Of a stretch of 24,261 nt of DNA, positions 7,028-13,992 are shown in pieces. The DNA lies in the IMG/VR virus record IMGVR_UViG_3300046786_000770, positions 1 to 24,261 of that record. One strand, written 5' to 3'. The DNA is from a virus (lineage: Duplodnaviria > Caudoviricetes). Every line of letters begins with the position of its first letter. The first letter of the stretch is position 1. A model generated the notes under the pieces. It made no database searches, was not told the origin of the DNA, and was given only the letters and a program-made list of their open reading frames with translations. A program made the translations under genes and the position numbers.

Positions 7028-9898
7028 ATGAAAAATACCCTCACTAAACTTTTACTTTTGGCGGGGGTGTTTTTCGCATCCTCTTCTTACGCTCAACGAA
7101 TTAACGTTCCGGGCGGCGCTCCAAACTATAAACCGAGCGTCACCAATCCTGCGGCACTTCCGGCTACCGGAAACGCTACGGGTGATGCCCGCGTTTCAAA
7201 GTCTAACGCTTCCATTTACATTTGGGATGGAGCCGCTTGGCAAGGAACCGCAGGTGGCGGAGCCGCTGCATGGGGTGCTATTATTGGTACACTCTCAAAC
7301 CAAACGGATTTACAAACCGCGCTCGGCCTAAAAGAAAATACAATCACTGCTACAACTTCTGCGGACTACTACCGTGGGGATAAAACTTTTCAACCGTTTG
7401 ATGCTGCCGCGCAAGCTGCATCTATCTCTCAAGTAATCACTAATGGTGTGACGACTAAAGCGCCAAGTGAAGACGCAGTGTTTGACGGTTTGGCACTAAA
7501 AGAACCTACCATCACTGCCACAACTTCTGCGGACTATTATCGCGGAGACAAAACATTTCAACCGTTTAATGCCGCTGCTCAGTCTGCGGTAGTAACTCAA
7601 GTGATCACCAATGGGGTGACTGCTACGGCTCCGAGTGAAGACGCGGTTTTTGACGGTTTGGCGTTGAAGCAATCCACTTCAGAAAAAGATGCAAACAACG
7701 GTTACGCAGGCTTAGATGCAGGCGGAAAAATTGCAATCTCTGCACTTCCTAACACTGTGATGACTTTTGAAGGGCAGTGGAACGCAAACACCAATACTCC
7801 GGCACTTGCTGACGGTGTCGGTAATGCGGGTGATGTTTGGCGCGCTAACGTTGCAGGAACTACCAACTTTGGTTCAGGCGCAATCGCTTTTAACTTAGGT
7901 GACTGGGCTGTTTATAACGGAACGATTTGGGAGTACGCTGCCAATTCAAATTTAGTTATGTCAGTGAACGGGCAACAAGGTGTTGTGGTTTTAGATACTG
8001 ATGATATTGCCGAGGGTACTAATCTTTACTTCACTGATGCGCGCGCAATCGCTGCTCCAATCACAGGGTTTACTTCCGGTGCGGGAGCATTAGCAGCTAC
8101 AGATACTATCTTGCAAGCGATCAATAAACTTGACGGTAACATTGGTGCGGCCACTACTGGTAACGTCTACGGAATGGCGGGCTTCAATGCTTCCGGCGTT
8201 TTGTACTCTATCCCTAACTCATACCACACTGACTACAATGGTTTTTATACTACGATTCAAATACCAGTAGCGGGTGATGTTACTTATTTAAACATGGGTT
8301 CTGCGGCGGGAACGGGATTAGGTTCTGTGAACGGTATTCTTTTAAATAACCAAATCGAGAGTACAACAAACTTAACTTTAATTGATCTTAATAACTCCGC
8401 GCCAGTTGGGGATGATTTTCAGGGTTCAAGACTATTCAACACCGGAAACGTATTTGATGGTCTAACTATGCAATCGGTTGGTAACTCTGGTACTTTCGGC
8501 GGTCAGCTTCGTTTGATGGAAGCCAACAATTCAGGAACCGGCGCGGGCGGTATTTTATACAATATCTCAAACTCTGGAGCTATGTCCGGCCCTTTCACTG
8601 GGTTGCAAGTTAGCGATTCAGGAAATCATACGGCTAACAGTCAGGCGTTCAACATCAATAAAACGGGTGACACTACCGGCGATGCCAACGGTATTGGATT
8701 GAACATGGACGGAGACACAACTGGAAATGTTGTTGCGTTTACTTTAGGAGCAAACGCAAACTTAGTTGGTGGAAATTTCATGGGTCAAAACATTTACAGT
8801 AGTGATGTTGTGACCGGAAGTTCTACCATGGTGAGTATTTCCGAAAACGGAAGTTCTACAAATGAAACTGGTTTGAACATAAGTTTAGCCGGTACAGCAA
8901 GCACAAGCGTTGTGGGCGCAAACATTGACGTAAGCGGTGCTACTTTTGCCGGTCAGAAAACAGCTTTGCAAGTTCAGGGCGGTATTTTTAACTCAAGTAG
9001 CTCGGTTGACACTGGGGATTACACACCCGGCTTTTTCTTCAACAACAATAGTCTTGGTGGGCAATTGCAAATTGATTCAGGTTCACCGCTTTTAGCTACC
9101 GCAGGCTTTGGTAACAATCTTGGTATCGTAGTCAACTTTGACGATGACGTTACCGCAGACAACACTATTGGCGCAGGAAACAGTATCGGTTACTCGATCA
9201 ACGGTTTTGTGAACCAAATCACAGGTGCTACAGGTAAAACTTTTGATACCATCAACTATATGTTTGCAGGCGGTTCAAATCCTTCCGGTGATGGAACGAT
9301 TGAGAACTTAAACTTTTTCCGAGCAGCGGGGTTGTTAAACGCGGGTGGAAACTTAACTGCGACAAACCTCAGAGCGTTTTATGTTGACCCTGCTCTAGAC
9401 GGCTCAGTTACCGCTACCAACAAGTGGGGTTTTATCAATGCTTCTTCTACTTCTGAAAACTGGTTTAAAAAGAACGTAGTAGTTGGCGGTACGACTGGCT
9501 TGGGTGAAGCAGGCGTGGAACTTGATGTTGACGGTGAAGCCCGTATTAGAAGCTTGACTACGGCTGGGTACGTGACAACGGACGCGACAGGGCATTTAAC
9601 TTCTGTGGCTATTCCTGGCACTCCGGTTTCATCTAACATCACTGCCAACACCACTTTGTCTTCGGCTACTCGATACTACTTCTGCGATACTTCAGGCGGT
9701 GCTTTCACAGTTACACTTCCGGCAGCGGCATCTAACGATGGCGTGGCTTTCACAGTGAAGCATACTACTTTTGGTGGCGCAAATGACGTGACGGTTGCAA
9801 CCGGCCAAACTATCGACGGTGAAGCGGGGGATACCTTAACAGCGGGTGAAGGTAAAACTTATATCAGTAACGGTACTGCATGGTTTGTGAGTAACTAA
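7028..9898 (+). CDS. Large tail-fibre/adhesin-like protein with predicted Sec signal peptide
   Basis: SD AGGAG. Signal peptide MKNTLTKLLLLAGVFFASSSYA. Fibre motifs WGAIIGTLSNQTDL, GYAGLDAGGKI, GQWNANTNTP, VMSVNGQQG and TDDIAEGTNLYFT. A Gly/Asn-rich, possibly beta-helical middle and a C-terminal DTSGG domain. Confidence 0.75.
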   Translation: MKNTLTKLLLLAGVFFASSSYAQRINVPGGAPNYKPSVTNPAALPATGNATGDARVSKSNASIYIWDGAAWQGTAGGGAAAWGAIIGTLSNQTDLQTALGLKENTITATTSADYYRGDKTFQPFDAAAQAASISQVITNGVTTKAPSEDAVFDGLALKEPTITATTSADYYRGDKTFQPFNAAAQSAVVTQVITNGVTATAPSEDAVFDGLALKQSTSEKDANNGYAGLDAGGKIAISALPNTVMTFEGQWNANTNTPALADGVGNAGDVWRANVAGTTNFGSGAIAFNLGDWAVYNGTIWEYAANSNLVMSVNGQQGVVVLDTDDIAEGTNLYFTDARAIAAPITGFTSGAGALAATDTILQAINKLDGNIGAATTGNVYGMAGFNASGVLYSIPNSYHTDYNGFYTTIQIPVAGDVTYLNMGSAAGTGLGSVNGILLNNQIESTTNLTLIDLNNSAPVGDDFQGSRLFNTGNVFDGLTMQSVGNSGTFGGQLRLMEANNSGTGAGGILYNISNSGAMSGPFTGLQVSDSGNHTANSQAFNINKTGDTTGDANGIGLNMDGDTTGNVVAFTLGANANLVGGNFMGQNIYSSDVVTGSSTMVSISENGSSTNETGLNISLAGTASTSVVGANIDVSGATFAGQKTALQVQGGIFNSSSSVDTGDYTPGFFFNNNSLGGQLQIDSGSPLLATAGFGNNLGIVVNFDDDVTADNTIGAGNSIGYSINGFVNQITGATGKTFDTINYMFAGGSNPSGDGTIENLNFFRAAGLLNAGGNLTATNLRAFYVDPALDGSVTATNKWGFINASSTSENWFKKNVVVGGTTGLGEAGVELDVDGEARIRSLTTAGYVTTDATGHLTSVAIPGTPVSSNITANTTLSSATRYYFCDTSGGAFTVTLPAAASNDGVAFTVKHTTFGGANDVTVATGQTIDGEAGDTLTAGEGKTYISNGTAWFVSN
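7328..7669 (+). repeat. Two copies of a 168-bp (56-aa) in-frame tandem repeat
   Basis: LKE.TITATTSADYYRGDKTFQPF.AAAQ.....QVITNGVT..APSEDAVFDGLA occurs twice, with units starting at 7328 and 7496. Confidence 0.9.
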
Positions 9899-9899
9899 T

Positions 9900-10103
9900 A
9901 TGAAAGACGCATCAGGAATAGCAGCGGCGGTGAGCGCAGTAATTGGTTTGATTTATTTCATCTACGGCAAGGTGAGAGCGTCGCAAGGTGCAACCAAGCA
10001 AGAAAAACTTGATGCGCTTTATTTGGCAATGAGCAAGGCCACAACTGACCAACAAAGGAAAGATTTACAAGATGAGATTAACAAGCTTCTTAATTCTAAG
10101 TAG
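9900..10103 (+). CDS. Putative inner-membrane spanin (Rz-like)
   Basis: N-terminal TM (IAAAVSAVIGLIYFIY) followed by a helical coiled-coil. It overlaps a lipoprotein gene next to the endolysin. Confidence 0.5.
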   Translation: MKDASGIAAAVSAVIGLIYFIYGKVRASQGATKQEKLDALYLAMSKATTDQQRKDLQDEINKLLNSK

Positions 10104-10326
10104 TCTTCTCAGTGGTTGTGCAACGTTTGCAATGGGTAGAAACCGTTGCGACGCTCCCGACTTACCAGCACGTCCAAACGTTGAACGCCACTTTCCAAAC
10201 GAGAATGGTCAGTACATTTGTGATCAAGGTGTTTGCAATGTGAAAAATCAGCAATGTATTACGATCGAAGACGCTAGACTTACTGAACTGTGGATTAACT
10301 CAGTGTTAAAGGGTTGCGGTCAATGA
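10072..10326 (+). CDS. Lipoprotein, putative outer-membrane spanin (Rz1-like)
   Basis: Lipobox LLSG-C16, Pro-rich linker (APDLPARP) and six Cys in total. It overlaps the upstream gene by 32 nt. Confidence 0.6.
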   Translation: MRLTSFLILSSLLSGCATFAMGRNRCDAPDLPARPNVERHFPNENGQYICDQGVCNVKNQQCITIEDARLTELWINSVLKGCGQ

Positions 10327-10718
10327 CCGGCAAACGTCTCATTTTAGCGCGTGATCTCTACCGTGAAGACGGTATTTTTGGTGATCTCATTGCAGAAGAC
10401 GGCGACCTTGATTTATTAACTCTTGAACACTCCTACGGCCTGCTTCCCAAAGTACCAAAAGGTGAATACGTCTGTAAGCGGACGGTCTGGCACAAAAAAG
10501 GCATACCCACGTTTGAAATCACCGGAGTACCTGATGCCACTCGAATCTTATTTCACACAGGAAACAAGGAGCAAGACAGTGAAGGTTGCGTTTTATTAGG
10601 GTTGGCAAGGCTCGAAGGAAACGACGGCGTAATGTTGGTATCATCCAGTAAAGCTGCTCATAAACGTTTTATGGAGCATTTTGAGGGCGTTGATGAGTTT
10701 CCTCTCACAATCCTGTAA
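10323..10718 (+). CDS. DUF5675-type (L,D-peptidase-like) putative endolysin
   Basis: Motifs LTLE..., VPKGEY, GVPDATRILFHTGN and DSEGCVLLG. The ATG at 10323 forms an ATGA overlap with the lipoprotein stop, so it is preferred to the TTG at 10314. Confidence 0.8.
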   Translation: MTGKRLILARDLYREDGIFGDLIAEDGDLDLLTLEHSYGLLPKVPKGEYVCKRTVWHKKGIPTFEITGVPDATRILFHTGNKEQDSEGCVLLGLARLEGNDGVMLVSSSKAAHKRFMEHFEGVDEFPLTIL

Positions 10719-10785
10719 CTTGGCAGAAAAGAACGAATACAAAGAGAATAAAGGCGCACAGAAAGACTTCGACGACTTTTACCAT
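10705..10785 (-). CDS. 26-aa hydrophobic micropeptide
   Basis: MVKVVEVFLCAFILFVFVLFCQVTGL. Its start overlaps the end of the 32-aa ORF (ATGGTAA). Confidence 0.45.
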   Translation of the reverse strand: MVKVVEVFLCAFILFVFVLFCQVTGL

Positions 10786-10877
10786 AAGCGGTTTAAACCT
10801 TTCATGGCCACGTAAAAAACACATATTAGCGCAAAAATAATGACGTAACTGATTAAGAAATCTTTTACTAATTTCAT
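10779..10877 (-). CDS. 32-aa single-TM micropeptide, probably leaderless
   Basis: MKLVKDFLISYVIIFALICVFYVAMKGLNRLW. Only 6 nt separate the ATG from a -10 box. Confidence 0.55.
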   Translation of the reverse strand: MKLVKDFLISYVIIFALICVFYVAMKGLNRLW

Positions 10878-10883
10878 AGGCGT

Positions 10884-10912
10884 ATTCTAATGCGGGGCAA
10901 GATGAAAGTCAA
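10884..10912 (-). promoter_or_regulatory. Sigma70-type promoter
   Basis: TTGACT (10912-10907), 17-nt spacer, TAGAAT (10889-10884). Each box matches consensus at 5 of 6 positions. Confidence 0.7.
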
Positions 10913-10914
10913 GA

Positions 10915-10974
10915 TCATTTCTTTTTCCCGCCGCAAGTACAGGGGAACCAAATACAGTTAGGTTCATGGCTCAT
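10915..10974 (-). CDS. Possible 19-aa Cys-rich peptide
   Basis: MSHEPNCIWFPCTCGGKKK, with an ATGA overlap on the peptidase stop codon. Confidence 0.25.
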   Translation of the reverse strand: MSHEPNCIWFPCTCGGKKK

Positions 10975-11525
10975 TGGAAGTACCTCTTGAACCTTTCAAA
11001 GTAAGACATTTTGCCAGTACGTTTCGCGTAATCCTCGCAAGCGTAACCAAGTGCATAGTTCACACTAAACTCGCGGTTGAACGTGTATTGGTACTCATGA
11101 TCAAAACCGAGTTTATGTAGGTATTCGTGCATGATGTTTCCCGCGATCTCTTCTGCCGACCAATTGCGGAAAAACTTTGCATAAATCCACTGCGTAGGGG
11201 TGGTTGGGTAAGTGTAACCAATTACGTTTCTAGTCCATGAATTATCAAGCTCGATTTGAATATCAGCTTCGCTATCAGTTTCAGGAGTTAAAGTTTCACT
11301 GCCTGATAAAATTATAGATAGGACTTCTTGGTTGGTGAATGTGGTGTAATGAAATCTTGTGTGTTTATTGTCGTCGTAATCGGTGTACGAGTAGTTCAAA
11401 ACAATCTTTTCAAATTCTTCTGAGTTGATAAACTCTTCAACATATTTAACTGCTTTGTTCAATTTGATAAGATCATTAGTAAAAAAGTTACTTGATTTTA
11501 AATTAGTTCTGAATATTTTTCTCAT
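10971..11525 (-). CDS. Zinc metallopeptidase (HExxHxxGxxH zincin)
   Basis: AGNIMHEYLHKLGFDH motif, preceded by VIGYTYP. Confidence 0.75.
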   Translation of the reverse strand: MRKIFRTNLKSSNFFTNDLIKLNKAVKYVEEFINSEEFEKIVLNYSYTDYDDNKHTRFHYTTFTNQEVLSIILSGSETLTPETDSEADIQIELDNSWTRNVIGYTYPTTPTQWIYAKFFRNWSAEEIAGNIMHEYLHKLGFDHEYQYTFNREFSVNYALGYACEDYAKRTGKMSYFERFKRYFQ

Positions 11526-11526
11526 C

Positions 11527-11838
11527 TTAGTTCTCCACTTTCTCTCTTGTGAAATATCCGAGGATTAATCCTACCCCTAACGCAAGCCCCACCCCGTTTT
11601 CGTAAATCTCTCCGCATATTTTATCCCCTACAAAAATCTCATGACGTTTGGCAAGCTTGACAATGCCAACTATTTCTTTCCACTTACGGTTTTTCATGAA
11701 TCTAATAATGGGTTGCTGTCTTGGGCCGACTACCGCAGCCGAAAGTAAAACTTGATAAATCAGAAACTCTGGGTCTTTCTGTTTGATGTTTGGTTCTAGT
11801 TTTCTTATTGCTTTGTTTACTTCTTGAATCGTTTTCAT
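11527..11838 (-). CDS. Hypothetical protein
   Basis: 103-aa ORF with 1-nt gaps to both neighbours. Confidence 0.65.
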   Translation of the reverse strand: MKTIQEVNKAIRKLEPNIKQKDPEFLIYQVLLSAAVVGPRQQPIIRFMKNRKWKEIVGIVKLAKRHEIFVGDKICGEIYENGVGLALGVGLILGYFTREKVEN

Positions 11839-11839
11839 T

Positions 11840-13978
11840 CTATTTCTCCCAATCGGTTTTTGTTTTCAAACGTTTATCCCACTCATCCCTTGCTTGAGTA
11901 AGTGACGGTAACTCAAGAGTCATTAACCCTGCCCTGCCAAACGTAGCCGACGGGCAAATTGCTTTAATGTCTTCCATTAACTTGCCATCGCTTCCAATCC
12001 ACAAAGTACCTCTGCGACTTCTTGAAGTGCTAATAAAAGCATCGGTAAAGTTTTTAAAGTCAACTGTCGTTTGCCATTCTCCATCGTTCATTGAACTGAC
12101 ACCTTCAAAGTAACCTTTGTAAAGTGAATCATGCCAATATTTTTCAAGAGGTGAAAGACTTGCTAATTGTTGTTCAACTAACCCTTCGGTTTTTGGTGCA
12201 ACGGCCACGTTCACTTTGCTTATATCATAAGATTTAAGTTTGGTGAGTAGGTAACGGTATCCGCCTGCTTCCATGTTTTTTCTCATCGCGGTAAAGAAAT
12301 CCACATCAAGACGACGACCTTCACCCACACTGAACACGGCAAAACGACGCTCATCTTCTGTAGCCGGTACAAGCCAAGCCTCGTTACCAATTACTGAAAC
12401 ACGCAAGCACGATTCAACGGAGTAAGAGTCAACACCTTTACGCTCAATTTCAACCGTTTCACCCGTGATCAAATCTTTTAAAATACCCTCTTGTTCTTTG
12501 TCACCTGACCAAAACGCCTCATCAAGTACCAAATAAAGTAAACTCTCAAGGTGACTGTTAAAGTTACCCACTACGTGACGACGTGAAGCTGTCACCATGT
12601 AGTTATCTTTGAAAAGGTTTCCTACACAATTAAGGAGCGCGTTTTTACCAGTACCCTTTTTACCTTTAAACACGGTTGCGACAAGCGGTTTCTCCCACGG
12701 TTTTTGAACAATGTGAGCAAACCAAGTCATCAGATATTGGTAAAGCTCAACATCGCCATGACAAACGTTTTCAAGCGCGTGTTCAGTGAAAGATGCGTAA
12801 GCGTCTAACATTTCTTTAGTGGGCTGCTCATCCTCTGTTAATGGTTCAACTGAGAAACCGCGCCAAGTGTTGTAAAATCTTTCATTGACTTTTTGCTCAG
12901 GAGCAAACACAAGCCCATCATAAGAACGGCGGAACCCACTTTTAATCCATTCTTTAGAGAGTGATTTTGGTTTATCTCCATCAGGTTGAAAGAATCGGTT
13001 AGCAAGTTTGGCGTGGAATGAGGGTTCGCTTAAATGCTCGACGATGCGTTTGCCTTTATAGTCCGTTGACTCGCGTAAAATTCTATGGTTTCCGCCGATG
13101 CTACAAAACGCATACTCTTCGCTTAAAATTTGAAATGGGTTTTTCGCTTCCGGTGCCTCTTCAAGTTCTGGTAACTGCGCTTCAATGGACTTACTACCTT
13201 GGGCATCCCCGCCGTATTTATAAGCAGACCGCACCACTGCTTCTAACTCTTCGTCTTCTAGCGGCGGTTCGCATTTCCAGAACTGCCCCATTAAGAATAA
13301 GTTTTGGTCGTAATCACAACCAAAGTCTTTTACGAAAGATGCGGCCTTGAAAGCCTCGTGATTTCGTTCACCACTTGTCACGGTTGGACGAGCGTTTAAA
13401 AACTTCATTGCGTCAGCTTCGGCGCGTTTTGGGTCAACCTGGATTACTTCTTTCGCCTCGGTTGACTTCTCTTTTTTCTCACTTAATTTATTGGCAATCC
13501 ACTCGGGAAGCTCGGCAATCTCATGAGTGAAATCCATTTCATAAGTTCCACGCCCGATAGTTGAACCATGGCCTACCACAAACCCACCGTCTGCGCGAAT
13601 GTCGATGCCTTCCCACAGGTTTACTTTGTTACCATAAAGAGTGTCTGACTTAAAAAACAAGTGAAGAGAACCTGAAGCAGTTTTCTGCATCAAAGTATCA
13701 GGTAAGTTATTGTGCTTTTTTAAATTGGCGAGAGTTTTAAAACCGTCTTTTTCATTTTTGAAATCAACGTCTACTACTACATATCCTTTAGTAGCGATAC
13801 CGATGTTTGCAGTCGGATGCGATGACCACCAAGCATGAACTTGGTTTTTATCATCAGTAGCTTTCTCCGGCCAATTCTTCATGAACGGCATTGGAATTTT
13901 TTTATTTTCTAAAAGCGGAAAAACTTTAAATCCGAGCGACGCAAGTCGGTTAGCTGATTGGTATTTTGTGGTGTTCAT
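11840..13978 (-). CDS. Bifunctional primase-polymerase / PriCT / SF3 (DUF5906-like) helicase
   Basis: Prim-Pol motifs ANIGIAT, VVVDVD, TASGSLHLFF and GIDIRADGGFVV. PriCT-like GERN...CEPPLEDEEL. Walker A GKKGTGKN, Walker B LVLDEAFW and ERRFAVF. Confidence 0.9.
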   Translation of the reverse strand: MNTTKYQSANRLASLGFKVFPLLENKKIPMPFMKNWPEKATDDKNQVHAWWSSHPTANIGIATKGYVVVDVDFKNEKDGFKTLANLKKHNNLPDTLMQKTASGSLHLFFKSDTLYGNKVNLWEGIDIRADGGFVVGHGSTIGRGTYEMDFTHEIAELPEWIANKLSEKKEKSTEAKEVIQVDPKRAEADAMKFLNARPTVTSGERNHEAFKAASFVKDFGCDYDQNLFLMGQFWKCEPPLEDEELEAVVRSAYKYGGDAQGSKSIEAQLPELEEAPEAKNPFQILSEEYAFCSIGGNHRILRESTDYKGKRIVEHLSEPSFHAKLANRFFQPDGDKPKSLSKEWIKSGFRRSYDGLVFAPEQKVNERFYNTWRGFSVEPLTEDEQPTKEMLDAYASFTEHALENVCHGDVELYQYLMTWFAHIVQKPWEKPLVATVFKGKKGTGKNALLNCVGNLFKDNYMVTASRRHVVGNFNSHLESLLYLVLDEAFWSGDKEQEGILKDLITGETVEIERKGVDSYSVESCLRVSVIGNEAWLVPATEDERRFAVFSVGEGRRLDVDFFTAMRKNMEAGGYRYLLTKLKSYDISKVNVAVAPKTEGLVEQQLASLSPLEKYWHDSLYKGYFEGVSSMNDGEWQTTVDFKNFTDAFISTSRSRRGTLWIGSDGKLMEDIKAICPSATFGRAGLMTLELPSLTQARDEWDKRLKTKTDWEK

Positions 13979-13992
13979 TGAACGACTTCCCC

